From Anaerolineales bacterium (GTDB lineage Bacteria; Chloroflexota; Anaerolineae; Anaerolineales; UBA11579), in NCBI GenBank assembly GCA_026129305.1, contig JAHCII010000004.1, positions 10,446 to 74,445 of the forward strand: a stretch of 64,000 bases of DNA, written 5' to 3'. The first letter of the stretch is position 1. Every line of letters starts with the position of its first letter. Below, piece after piece: positions 1-9,098 of the stretch. Made by a program: the position numbers and the translations under genes. The notes under the pieces were generated by a model. It ran no database searches. It saw only the letters and a list, made by a program, of their open reading frames with translations, and was not told where the DNA came from.

Positions 1-193
1 CTATCGCCTTGGTTTCGGCCACCTCGGGCTGGGTCACCTGCTCCAGCACCACGCCCTGCACCTGGCGCCCCCCAAACGGGGCCAGCACCAGGTGCCCGGG
101 TCGCAGCCGCCCGCTCAGCTCAGGCGGGCTGTGATAGTCAAACACGCCTGAGACCTGGGGCAGGTTAACCGCAACGCGCAGATAGTCTGGCAT
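1..193 (-). CDS. priA: primosomal protein N' (PriA), N-terminal fragment; gene continues past the window start
   Basis: Absent from the ORF track because the window edge cuts it. Minus-strand translation from ATG 193-191 reads MPDYLRVAVNLPQVSGVFDYHSPPELSGRLRPGHLVLAPFGGRQVQGVVLEQV. This fits the conserved PriA N-terminal pattern (FxY..P....G..V.VPFG.r...G.V). Confidence 0.6.
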   Translation of the reverse strand, partial: MPDYLRVAVNLPQVSGVFDYHSPPELSGRLRPGHLVLAPFGGRQVQGVVLEQVTQPEVAETKAI

Positions 194-198
194 GGCGT

Positions 199-2409
199 TT
201 ACTCAGAGGGCAAAAAGCCGATGTAGACGTCGTTGCTGATCGCCAGCAGAATGGCGCGGTTGGGGGTCACCGCAAAAGCCGTGGCCAGCCCGGCGGGCAG
301 GTCGTTCAGGCTGCGGAACTGCGTATCCAGGCTGAGTGTCAGGCTCAAGCGGTACACGGCGCGCGCCACCGGGTCCAGCATGTACATCGCTGGCTGGGGC
401 GGTTCGCTGATCCGCACCTGTTCAAAGTTGGCGCCTTCGATCTGCGGCCCGTTGCCATAACCGGGCCGCGTGTCGGTGTAAGTGGCCGGGTTCTCGCAGT
501 TGGTCGGATTGTCTACGCTGGTGCCCAATGTGCAGCGCACCATGCGCCCATCGCTGCTCAGCAGGTAGATGTCCCTGCCGTTCACCGCCATGTCCTGCAC
601 CTCGCGCAGGCTGGGCACCTCGGCGCCGAAGAAGAAGCGCGGCGCTTCGCCAAAGGCGTGGTCCTCGCCTTCATACAGCCACACCGCGTTGCTTTGCGGG
701 TCCAGGATGTACAGATCGCCGTTGGCAATGCGCAGCGAACGCGGCCGGCCCCAGTGGTTGTTGGGCGGTGTCAGGGTTTGCGCTGAGGGCGCCTGGCCCT
801 GGGCGCAATACAGCACGTTGCCGTTGGCGTCCATGGCGATCAGCTCGGCATTGGCCGCGTTGCCGCGCGGCAGCAGCGCCAAGTCCACCAGCTCCGAGAC
901 GATGAAGCTGCCGTACTGGCCCGGGCCGCAGCGGAAGTTGGCGTCCTGCTGGTAGCGCCCCAGGTTGCCATCCCCGGCCAGGAACAGCCGCAGGACGTTG
1001 CCGCTGCGGCTGTCCAGCAGATAGATCTCGTTGTTGGTCGCCACCATGCGCGTGATTTGCGCATCGTTGGCCAGCGGCTGGCTCAGGATCGGGTTGAACT
1101 CCATGCGCCGGATGAGGTCCATCTCATCCAGGGCCGCATTGGCCTGCCCCAGCAGCTCAAAGGCCACTGCCTGGTCCTCTTCATAATGGGCGGCGCGCTC
1201 GGCGTAGTACACCACGCCTTCCCAGGCCAGGCGCACTTCACCCGCGTCGCCGCTGGCCGTGGCGATCGCCGCCGCGGCCTGGGCGCGTTCCAAATAGTTC
1301 ACATACAGCTGTTGGCGGCCAAACTGCAAATAGACGACTGCCACCAGGATCACCACTGCCATGGGCACCAGCAGGGCGATCAGCCCCATCACCCGCGGCG
1401 GCAGGTTGAAGATCGGCTCTTCCGGCAGAATACGTTCCAGGAACTGGCGCAGCGGCGGCACAAAGCGCTCGGAAAGATCCCGAAGCCGTTCAGAAATTGG
1501 CGTTGACGCCGCCATTTCCGGCTGACTTGGGTCAGAATACGCTGCGGGGGCCGCCAAGATCGGTTCTGCCGGCGCTGCCGTCGGCTGGGCCTCAGGCGTG
1601 GGCAGGCTTTCCCAGGCGCCGGCCAGCGGCTGCGCCTGGATCGGCGCCGTATCGCTCAGCGTCGTCACGGTCGGTGTGGGCGGGTCAGCCGCTGCGCCGG
1701 GCGGTGGGGACTGCGGTCGCAGCTGCGCTGCGCTCACTTGCTGCAGGCTGCCTGGGCCGGGCAGCGCTTCCAGCAGCACTGCCGCCAACTGCTGGCCGGC
1801 TTGCTCCAGCAGGCGCTGGCTCAGCGTGTGCAACTCCGCCTGCTCGCTGTCCGCCAGCGTGCTTTCATTCCAGCTGGCCGGCAGCTGCGCCAGGCTCAAC
1901 AGGCGTTCCCCGGGGTGCAGCTCGAATTGGTAAAAGCGCATCTGCGCATGCTGGCCCAGACCCAACCCGCGCCCCGCCCCTTGCGCATCGTAATAATGGT
2001 GGATCGACTTGCCCAGCTGGAAGCCGTGCAGCGGGCCGCACTGCGCCAGCGTCAGGCGCTCCTCGCGCAGCAGCATCAGGCTCAGTTGGGCCGCGCCGGC
2101 CGGCGGCGCCCCCTGGTTGCGCTGGAATAAGTAAGTATTCAGCCGTTCCACCTGCTCGCGCAAGGCCGAGGTCACCGCGCCGGCCGTGCGGAAGTAGCCG
2201 TTGGCCATGTCTTGCAGCAGGCTGGCCTGCGCCTCAGCGCTCAGCCCCAATTCGGGCGCGGCGAACAATTGCAGCACCAGCCGGTCTTCGCCCCGGCCGC
2301 GGGCCGCCCGCCGTGGGGCCGGCGCGCAAAACAAACCGGGCAAGTAAGCTTCATCTTGCCCGTCCACTCTATACAGCGAAACTACGGTTAGATCCAATTT
2401 GGCTGACAT
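199..2409 (-). CDS. hypothetical single-pass membrane protein: cytoplasmic N-domain, Pro/Ala-rich linker, TM helix, C-terminal six-repeat (beta-propeller-like) domain
   Basis: 736-aa ORF. TM segment MGLIALLVPMAVVILVAVVYLQF. Six spaced repeats of the form xxIYLLDxxxxxVxR (NNEIYLLDSRSGNVLRLF, ANGDLYILDPQSNAVWLY, NGRDIYLLSSDGRMVRC, AMYMLDPVARAVYRLS and others). Its stop lies 5 nt upstream of the priA start. Confidence 0.5.
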   Translation of the reverse strand: MSAKLDLTVVSLYRVDGQDEAYLPGLFCAPAPRRAARGRGEDRLVLQLFAAPELGLSAEAQASLLQDMANGYFRTAGAVTSALREQVERLNTYLFQRNQGAPPAGAAQLSLMLLREERLTLAQCGPLHGFQLGKSIHHYYDAQGAGRGLGLGQHAQMRFYQFELHPGERLLSLAQLPASWNESTLADSEQAELHTLSQRLLEQAGQQLAAVLLEALPGPGSLQQVSAAQLRPQSPPPGAAADPPTPTVTTLSDTAPIQAQPLAGAWESLPTPEAQPTAAPAEPILAAPAAYSDPSQPEMAASTPISERLRDLSERFVPPLRQFLERILPEEPIFNLPPRVMGLIALLVPMAVVILVAVVYLQFGRQQLYVNYLERAQAAAAIATASGDAGEVRLAWEGVVYYAERAAHYEEDQAVAFELLGQANAALDEMDLIRRMEFNPILSQPLANDAQITRMVATNNEIYLLDSRSGNVLRLFLAGDGNLGRYQQDANFRCGPGQYGSFIVSELVDLALLPRGNAANAELIAMDANGNVLYCAQGQAPSAQTLTPPNNHWGRPRSLRIANGDLYILDPQSNAVWLYEGEDHAFGEAPRFFFGAEVPSLREVQDMAVNGRDIYLLSSDGRMVRCTLGTSVDNPTNCENPATYTDTRPGYGNGPQIEGANFEQVRISEPPQPAMYMLDPVARAVYRLSLTLSLDTQFRSLNDLPAGLATAFAVTPNRAILLAISNDVYIGFLPSE

Positions 2410-2498
2410 GCGAGACGAGGCCTGCTTCGTCTTGAAAAATTATACAGGTAAAATTTGGTTGGCTTTTCCTGCCGCCCTGTGTTCATTCCCAACTCAAC

Positions 2499-3518
2499 TT
2501 GATCGGAGCTGTATTGCGCATCGAAACCATCCACACGGTGGAGGATTGGGCTGCCCTGCAAGCAGACTGGCAGTCTTTGCTTGAAAGCACACATCAAAAT
2601 TCCCCCTTTCTGACCTATGACTTCCAGCGCGCCTGGTGGCAACATCTGGGCGGCGGCGAGTGGCAGGCTGCGCAGCTGCACATCCTTACCGGCCGCGACG
2701 AGGCGGGTCAGCTGCGCGGCATCGCCCCCTTGTTCGCCGTTGGCGACACGCTGCGTTTTATCGGCGCGCATGAGATCGCCGATTTCCTGGATCTCATCGT
2801 CCGGCCCGCCGACCTGCCGGCCTTCGTGCAGGCGCTCTTGGCTCACCTGGCTGGCAGCGATTGGGCGGCCGTGGAGTTGCACAACCTGCTGGACGAGTCG
2901 GCCACCCCCGCCGCCCTACAGGCGGCCGCCGCAGCCGCCGGCTGGGCCGCCGAGCTGGAGACGCTGCAGCCCAGCCCCTACATCCTCCTGCCGGACAGCT
3001 TTGACGCCTACGGCGAGATGCTGGAGAGCAAGCAGGCCCACGAACTGCGCCGCAAGCTGCGCAACGCCGCCAAGTACCCGGTGACGGTAGACCTGGAGAT
3101 CGTCGACAGCCGGCACCCGCAGCTGGCCGCCGCCCTGGAGGACTTCTTCGCCCTGATGGCCCAGGAGGCCGACAAGGCCGCTTTCCTCACCCCCGACATG
3201 CAGGTGCAGATGCGCGCCATCGCCGGGGCCGCCGCGGCTGGTGGCTGGCTGCAGCTGGCTTTCCTCACCGTCGGCGCGCAACGTGTGGCGGGCTTTATGA
3301 ATTTTGACTATTTGGGGCGCATTTGGGCCTACAACTCCGGCTTCAGCAGCCAGCACGCACGGCTGTCCCCCGGCTGGGTGCTGCTGGCTTACATGATCGA
3401 ATGGTGCATTGCCCAGGGCCGCCGCGTCTTCGACTTCATGCGCGGCGATGAGGAATACAAATACCGCTTCGGCGCCCAAAACCGCTTTGTGCAGCGCCTA
3501 AGGCTTACCCGCGCTTAG
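2499..3518 (+). CDS. GNAT-fold acyltransferase, CelD/BioF2-like (Acetyltransf_6 type)
   Basis: 339-aa ORF. C-terminal signature FDFMRGDEEYKYRFGA is typical of CelD-like GNAT proteins. Confidence 0.6.
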   Translation: MIGAVLRIETIHTVEDWAALQADWQSLLESTHQNSPFLTYDFQRAWWQHLGGGEWQAAQLHILTGRDEAGQLRGIAPLFAVGDTLRFIGAHEIADFLDLIVRPADLPAFVQALLAHLAGSDWAAVELHNLLDESATPAALQAAAAAAGWAAELETLQPSPYILLPDSFDAYGEMLESKQAHELRRKLRNAAKYPVTVDLEIVDSRHPQLAAALEDFFALMAQEADKAAFLTPDMQVQMRAIAGAAAAGGWLQLAFLTVGAQRVAGFMNFDYLGRIWAYNSGFSSQHARLSPGWVLLAYMIEWCIAQGRRVFDFMRGDEEYKYRFGAQNRFVQRLRLTRA

Positions 3519-4465
3519 CGGCTGGCCTGCCACCACTTCAGCACCCGCAGCGCCCGCAAGGTGTTCCAACGCCCCGGTTTGCCCGGGGTCTCCATGCGGA
3601 ACCACAGCTTGCCGCTGGCCGGGGTCTGTTCGTTCCAACGGCCGTCATCCTTGCGGCTTTTCTGCAGCAGGCCGACGGCTTCTGCCAGGCGTTCGTCCCG
3701 GCTGGCGCCAGCGGCCTGGAAGTGGTCCAGGGCGCGCAGAATATCGTACTGCCAGCTGGGCTGGGCCGGCGTGCGCAGGAAAGCCGGCTTGACGATCGTC
3801 CCGCTGCGGTGTGAGCGGAACAAGCTGTGCTCCAGCAGAAATTGTTGGCCGGCGACCATGGCTGTTGAGATCGCTTGCGGCGCGGCTGGTTTGGCCTGCA
3901 AATAGCGGCGCAATCCCTCCAGCACCAGCAGGGTGGTGTGGAATGAACTGTGCGTATCGCCTCGGTACGAGCGGCAATTCCAGCCTCCATCCGTCAGTTG
4001 CTGGCCCAGCAAATGACGGGCGATCTGGTCCACGCGGGCGTCATCCAATTCGAAGGCAGAGAATATTCCCAGCGCCATGCCGGTGATGCAGGTTTCGGCG
4101 TGGCCGTGTTTGTCGGGCTTTTTGAGGTTGTAGCGAATGCCGTGGTCCGCCAAAAATCCGTCCTCCAGCAGGATATGGCAGGCTTTCTGCGCCTGGGCAT
4201 TCGCCGCCGGCAGCCCCAAAAAGGCCAGGGTCAATAAAGTGTAGTGGGTCGAAGTCCACTTGGGTGTGTAAAGGCCGCCCGCCCAGGTGCCCTGCGGGTC
4301 CTGCAAGCTGAGCAGCCGGGCGCCCCAACCTTCCTCGGTCACCTTGGCGCGTTCGGTTTCGTAGACGGCCGGGTTCTCATCCAGCAGGTCGCGCTGGGTT
4401 TGCCAGCGCACCGCCGGGTCGCCCTCCAGCAGCCAGGCCAGAACCTGTTCATCCGCTTCCCGCAT
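3515..4465 (-). CDS. hypothetical protein, possible alpha/alpha-toroid (prenyltransferase/terpene-cyclase-like) fold
   Basis: 316-aa ORF with repeated QxxxGxW-like segments (QDPQGTWAGG, QLTDGGWNC, KDDGRWNE). Its stop overlaps the convergent GNAT stop (TTAG at 3515-3518). Confidence 0.4.
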   Translation of the reverse strand: MREADEQVLAWLLEGDPAVRWQTQRDLLDENPAVYETERAKVTEEGWGARLLSLQDPQGTWAGGLYTPKWTSTHYTLLTLAFLGLPAANAQAQKACHILLEDGFLADHGIRYNLKKPDKHGHAETCITGMALGIFSAFELDDARVDQIARHLLGQQLTDGGWNCRSYRGDTHSSFHTTLLVLEGLRRYLQAKPAAPQAISTAMVAGQQFLLEHSLFRSHRSGTIVKPAFLRTPAQPSWQYDILRALDHFQAAGASRDERLAEAVGLLQKSRKDDGRWNEQTPASGKLWFRMETPGKPGRWNTLRALRVLKWWQASR

Positions 4466-4524
4466 GCCAGGATTATATAGCCGCCGCCGGGGAACGCATG
4501 GGCCGCGTATAATACGGAGCCACC

Positions 4525-5322
4525 ATGCCCCAGACCAAGACCACCCCCTCTCGCTTCCCGGCTGAGCCGCCCCTGCTGCGCCGCCCGCGCGCCGTCATCG
4601 TCGGCGCCTCTTCCGGCATTGGCGCCGCCCTGGCGGCGCGGCTGGCCGCCGAAGGTTACCGCGTGGCCGTGCTGGCCCGCAACAAGGCCCGCCTCAGTGC
4701 GCTGTGTGAAGACATCAACCGCGCCCACGGCGAGGCCCGCGCCGCCGCCTATACGCACGATGTCACTGACCTCAAGGCCATCCCGGCCTTGTTCCAGCGC
4801 CTGGTTAAGGACTTGGGCGGCATGGACCTGTTCGTTTACTGCGCCGGGGTAACCGTACCGGTAAAGATCGATGAGTTCGACACCCACAAAGACCAGCAGA
4901 TGCTGCAGACCAACCTGGCCGGCGCCCTGGCCTGGCTGGGCTGTGCGGCGGCGCTCTTCCAGGGCGCCGGCCGCGGCCAGTTGGTCGGCATCTCCTCCGT
5001 AGCCGGCGACCGCGGCCGGGTGCTTAACCCAGCCTACAACGCCTCGAAGGCCGGCCTCGACGCTTACTTGGAAGGTTTGCGCAACCGGCTCACCCGCCGC
5101 GGCGTGCATGTGCTCACCGTCAAGCCCGGCTTTGTCGATACCGACCAGCTCAAAGGCTCACCGCGCACCTTCGGCGTCATCTCGCCGGAAAAAGCCGCCG
5201 ATGGCATTTGGAAAGCGCTGCGCGCCCGCCAGCAGCTGGTCTACGTGCCCTGGTTCTGGCGCTACATTATGCTGGTCATCCGCCTGGTGCCATCCTTCAT
5301 CTTCCGGAGACTATCTTTTTGA
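4525..5322 (+). CDS. short-chain dehydrogenase/reductase (SDR), DprE2-like
   Basis: 265 aa. Rossmann motif VIVGASSGIGAALA and catalytic YNASK. Sits directly upstream of, and is coupled to, a DprE1-like FAD oxidase. Confidence 0.75.
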   Translation: MPQTKTTPSRFPAEPPLLRRPRAVIVGASSGIGAALAARLAAEGYRVAVLARNKARLSALCEDINRAHGEARAAAYTHDVTDLKAIPALFQRLVKDLGGMDLFVYCAGVTVPVKIDEFDTHKDQQMLQTNLAGALAWLGCAAALFQGAGRGQLVGISSVAGDRGRVLNPAYNASKAGLDAYLEGLRNRLTRRGVHVLTVKPGFVDTDQLKGSPRTFGVISPEKAADGIWKALRARQQLVYVPWFWRYIMLVIRLVPSFIFRRLSF

Positions 5323-6740
5323 ATCCCGACCCCAGCCTGTCGTTGCAGTCCTTCTCGGGCTTGGAGAATTTTGGCCATTCGCTGCGCAGCAGTGCCTGGC
5401 TCCACCAGCCGGAGCAGGCCGGTGAACTGCCGGCCCTGTTCAAGCTCGCCCGCCAACAAGGCCTCAGCATCGCCTTGCGCGGCTCCGGCCGCAGCTACGG
5501 CGACGCCGCCCTGAACAGCGGCCAGATCGTGCTCGACCTGCGCCGTCTCAAGCGCGTCCTGGCCTGGGACCCGGCCCGTGGCCGCATCACCGTCGAGCCC
5601 GGCGTGACCATTGAAGATCTGTGGAACTACGTGTTGGCCGATGGTTGGTGGCCGCCGGTGGTCCCCGGCACCATGTTCCCCACCATTGGCGGCTGTCTCT
5701 CGGCCAATATTCACGGCAAGAACAATTGGGTCGCCGGCCCCATCGGCGAGCATGTGCTGGAGTTCAGCGCCCTGCTGCCCAACGGGCGGCGCGTGACCTG
5801 CACGCCGCGCAAGAATGGCGGCTTGTTCCGCGCCATGATCGGCGGCCTGGGCATGCTGGGCGTCTTCACCAGCATCACCCTGCAGCTCAAGCCCATCGAA
5901 TCCGGCCGACTGGAAGTCAACGCCTGGGCCGAGCCCAATCTGGAGGCCATGCTGGCTGCCATCGACGCGCACAAAGACTGCGACTACGTGGTGGGTTGGG
6001 TGGACTGCACGGCGGGCGGACGGGCGCTGGGCCGCGGCCAAATCCACACGGCGCGCTACCTGCACGCCGCCCAGGATCCACAGGCCGAAGCCAGCCTGCG
6101 CGTGGATGCCCAGGTCCTGCCGGCGCGCATGTTTGGCTTGGTGCCGCGCGGCTGGCTGCCCAAATTGATGGCTCCCTTCATGAACAATCTCAGTGTTTGG
6201 GCGGTCAATACTGCCAAGTACCTGGCCAGCCGCACCATCAGCCACCACAAGACCTACCGCCAATCCCTGATCGAGTTCAACTTCCTCTTGGACTACATCC
6301 CCGGTTGGGAACGCAGTTACGGCCGCGATGGGCTGATCCAATACCAGAGCTTTATCCCCAAAGTGCGCGCTGCAGAGGCTTTTGCCGAAATTCTCCGCCT
6401 GTGCCAAAAGGCTGGGCTGCCCTCTTACCTTGGCGTGCTCAAGCGCCACCGGCCGGACCCGTTCCTGCTCACTCACGCCCTGGATGGTTACTCGCTGGCC
6501 CTGGATTTCAAGGTCACTCCGGCCAATCGGGCGCGGTTGTCGGCCCTGGCCGCTGAACTGGATGAAGTTGTGCTTGCTGCGGGCGGGCGGTTGTATTTCG
6601 TCAAAGACAGCACCCTGCGGGCGGGCAGTGCCAAGCGTTTCTTGGGTCGCCGCGCCGTGGCTGAGTTCAAAAAGCTCAAAACCAAGACCGACCCGCACAA
6701 CCTGTTGCAAAGCGACTTGTACCGGCGCTGGTTTGACTAG
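5319..6740 (+). CDS. FAD-binding (PCMH-type) oxidoreductase, DprE1-like
   Basis: Track ORF 5208..6740 overlaps the SDR. I trimmed it to TTG 5319, which has GGAGA 8 nt upstream and overlaps the SDR stop as TTGA. Motifs: RGSGRSYGD, and a C-terminus GYSLALDFK...GGRLYFVKDS...DPHNLLQSDLYRR that resembles mycobacterial DprE1 (recalled from memory). Confidence 0.7.
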   Translation: MNPDPSLSLQSFSGLENFGHSLRSSAWLHQPEQAGELPALFKLARQQGLSIALRGSGRSYGDAALNSGQIVLDLRRLKRVLAWDPARGRITVEPGVTIEDLWNYVLADGWWPPVVPGTMFPTIGGCLSANIHGKNNWVAGPIGEHVLEFSALLPNGRRVTCTPRKNGGLFRAMIGGLGMLGVFTSITLQLKPIESGRLEVNAWAEPNLEAMLAAIDAHKDCDYVVGWVDCTAGGRALGRGQIHTARYLHAAQDPQAEASLRVDAQVLPARMFGLVPRGWLPKLMAPFMNNLSVWAVNTAKYLASRTISHHKTYRQSLIEFNFLLDYIPGWERSYGRDGLIQYQSFIPKVRAAEAFAEILRLCQKAGLPSYLGVLKRHRPDPFLLTHALDGYSLALDFKVTPANRARLSALAAELDEVVLAAGGRLYFVKDSTLRAGSAKRFLGRRAVAEFKKLKTKTDPHNLLQSDLYRRWFD

Positions 6741-6896
6741 TCGCTGATTGCCCCCTGCTTGAAATTTCGCCCAAGAATCACCCCAACCAGCCTTTTGCCT
6801 GTATCCTGGCCTGCGCAGAGGGGCGGCTTGTCAAGCCATTAATCAAACTTACCCCCGCCCCCCAAAGGATTAATATATCTTTTTTGGGTGCAGAGA

Positions 6897-8201
6897 TTAC
6901 GGCTTGGCCCGTTCCGCTGGCGAAGTCGGCGGGTTGGGTTCTCCCGGCTGCTGGCGCACTTGGCTCAGCGGCGAAAGGTAGGCATACAAGGGGCCTAGCA
7001 GGCCACCCACGCCGCAAATCATCAGGGTGGTGCGCAGGTCGCCCAGCCAGGTGCCTAACAGCCCGCCCACCAGCGAACCCAGCGCCGCCGTGCCGAACAC
7101 AGCAAAGCGATGCCCGGCCGTGACCCGCGCCAGAAAATCGTCGGTGACCGTGTTCTGGCGGAAGGTCCACTGGTGGATATTGGCGATCGTGCCGAACACG
7201 CCCATCACAAGATGAACGCCGACCAGCCCGGGCAGCAGTGCCCAGCCGCCCGCAAAGGGGATCATCAGGCGCGCCAAGCTCTGCATCAGCCAGCCCAGAA
7301 TGATCGCCGGGCCGACGCCAATGCGTTGGGCCACCGGCTTGGCCAGGGCAGCGCCGGCCACCGCCGCGCCGCCGCTGCTGGCGAAGATCAGGCCGATCGT
7401 GGCCGGCGAGAAGGCCAGGTCTTGCACCAGGTACAGCAAGTAGACCGACATGCCCGCCGAGTTGAACAGCACCAGGATCATCGAGGAGATGATGATGGCC
7501 CGCAGCGCCGGCGTATCCAGCAGGGCGTGCAGCCCGGCCAGGATGCCCTGCCACACATTCTCCCGCTCGGTGGGCTGCTGCGTTTTGATCGCCTCCGGTG
7601 TGCGGATGCGTGCGATGGTCAGCGCCGACCCCAGGTTGGCCATGCCGTCCAGCAGCACGGCGAAGGGCGCGCCGACCCACTGCACCAGCAGGCCGCCCAG
7701 GCCCGGGCCGCCCAGCTCGGCCAGCGAGTGGCTGGCGTGCAGCCGGCTGTTCGACTCGATCAGCCGGCTGCGCGTCACCAGCGCAGGCACGAAAGCGAAA
7801 TGAGCCACGTCGTAAACCACGGAGAGCGTGCCCACGCCGAACACCACAAGGTACAGTTGCTCCAGGCTCAGCCAGCCCAGCCAGGCCGCCAACGGCACGG
7901 AGAACAACAGTGCCGCGCGCAGCAGGTCCACCGTCACCATCACTGGCTTGCGCAGGGCATGGTCCAGCCACACCCCGGCGAACAGGCTGAAGAGCGGAAA
8001 GGGCAGGGTGCTGAAGGTGCGCAGCAGACCCATCTGCCAGGCATTGGCGCCCAGCAGGGTCACCGCCACCAAGGGGATCGCCAAGTTGGTGACCTGCATG
8101 CCAAATACCCCCAGCGTGGTGGCGAACCACAGTTTGTTGAAGTCGGCCAGGCGTTCTTTCAGGCTGGGGCTGATCGTATCGGCTTGGGCGGGTACATCCA
8201 C
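6897..8201 (-). CDS. MFS transporter
   Basis: The 592-aa track ORF carries a non-membrane N-extension. I trimmed it to GTG 8201, preceded by GAGGAGA. About 12 predicted hydrophobic helices. The start is uncertain. Confidence 0.7.
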   Translation of the reverse strand: MDVPAQADTISPSLKERLADFNKLWFATTLGVFGMQVTNLAIPLVAVTLLGANAWQMGLLRTFSTLPFPLFSLFAGVWLDHALRKPVMVTVDLLRAALLFSVPLAAWLGWLSLEQLYLVVFGVGTLSVVYDVAHFAFVPALVTRSRLIESNSRLHASHSLAELGGPGLGGLLVQWVGAPFAVLLDGMANLGSALTIARIRTPEAIKTQQPTERENVWQGILAGLHALLDTPALRAIIISSMILVLFNSAGMSVYLLYLVQDLAFSPATIGLIFASSGGAAVAGAALAKPVAQRIGVGPAIILGWLMQSLARLMIPFAGGWALLPGLVGVHLVMGVFGTIANIHQWTFRQNTVTDDFLARVTAGHRFAVFGTAALGSLVGGLLGTWLGDLRTTLMICGVGGLLGPLYAYLSPLSQVRQQPGEPNPPTSPAERAKP

Positions 8202-8279
8202 GGGGTCTTGTCTCCTCAAACAATCAAAAGGGCGCAAAGTTCGCGCCCTTTTTGCGAATGGTATCATCCCCTCAACAAA

Positions 8280-9038
8280 ATGACCACTTGCCAAGTTTTC
8301 CGCTTGGGTGTCACCGAGTATCAAAAGGCCTGGCACCTGCAAAACCAGCTGGCCGCCCAGATCGCCGCCGGCGAACAGCCGCCTACCCTGTTGCTGCTGG
8401 AGCATTCGCACGTCTACACCTTTGGCACCCGCGGCCAGGCCGAGAACCTGCTCTGGGAGCAAGCCAAGCTGCAAGCCCAGCAGGTGGACGTGCACTGGGT
8501 GGACCGCGGCGGGGATGTCACCTATCACGGCCCGGGCCAGTTGGTCGGTTACCCGCTGCTGCCGCTGGGCGAGGTGCGCGTCGACCCCGAAACGGGCAAG
8601 ACCCGCATTGCGCAGGGCGACTACGTCGGCTACCTGCGCAAGCTGGAGTACATGCTGATCGCCAGCCTGGCCCATCTGGGCGTGCCGGCCGGCCAGGTGG
8701 CCGGCCAGACCGGCGTGTGGGTGCAGCCGGATGTGGCCTCACGCTGCCGCCACTGCCCGCCGGAACTCAAGCAGGCGCCCAGCAAGATTGCCTCCATCGG
8801 CGTCAAAGTGGATGCCCGCGGCATTTCCCGCCATGGCTTTGCGCTCAACGTTGCCCCGCAGATGAGCTACTGGGACGGCATCATCGCCTGCGGGCTGGAA
8901 AACCAGAACCAGATCAGCCTGGATTACCTGCTGGACCCCGCACCTGGCATGGATCGTGTAATGGACCAGATCGTGGAGACATTCGGGGCCACCTTCGGCT
9001 ACGAAATGCAGCTCGCCGAAGGCGTGCTGCAGATCTAG
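8280..9038 (+). CDS. lipB: lipoyl(octanoyl) transferase LipB
   Basis: C-terminal part of track ORF 7110..9038, starting at in-frame ATG 8280: MTTCQVFRLGVTEYQKAWHLQ...LLLLEHSHVYTFG...RGGDVTYHGPGQLVGYP...KIASIGVKV. Confidence 0.85.
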   Translation: MTTCQVFRLGVTEYQKAWHLQNQLAAQIAAGEQPPTLLLLEHSHVYTFGTRGQAENLLWEQAKLQAQQVDVHWVDRGGDVTYHGPGQLVGYPLLPLGEVRVDPETGKTRIAQGDYVGYLRKLEYMLIASLAHLGVPAGQVAGQTGVWVQPDVASRCRHCPPELKQAPSKIASIGVKVDARGISRHGFALNVAPQMSYWDGIIACGLENQNQISLDYLLDPAPGMDRVMDQIVETFGATFGYEMQLAEGVLQI

Positions 9039-9098
9039 TTGCTGCCCGGCTTCGTTTGACACCCCTCACAATCCTTTGTAGACTCAACCCGATCCACT

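Noticed and set aside
3515-3518. Convergent genes sharing overlapping stop codons (TTAG).
   Set aside because: The overlap is real but is a trivial consequence of compact gene packing. No regulatory inference is justified.
5262-6710. 482-aa ORF antisense to the FAD oxidase. Similar long antisense ORFs occur at 17747..19114, 29331..30854, 52636..54600, 55147..56169 and 7110..8279.
   Set aside because: These are shadow ORFs typical of high-GC DNA. Their translations are low-complexity (Arg/Ala/Gly/Pro-rich) with no recognisable motifs. In every case the opposite strand encodes a clearly conserved protein.
8226-8253. Terminator-like hairpin AAAAGGGCGC-AAAGTTC-GCGCCCTTTTT between the MFS gene and lipB.
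   Set aside because: It lies between divergent gene starts, so no upstream gene on either strand could be terminated by it. It may be a 5'-UTR structure of the MFS mRNA or may overlap the lipB -35 region. There is not enough evidence to call a function.
6897-8675. N-terminal extensions of several track ORFs (6897..8675, 21453..22631, 24820..25752, 28868..29380, 40503..42617, 44405..45583, 61810..62595).
   Set aside because: The extensions overlap neighbouring genes or hairpins and are low-complexity. Internal starts with an SD, or with stop/start overlap to the upstream gene, give proteins with family-typical N-termini, so I trimmed them.
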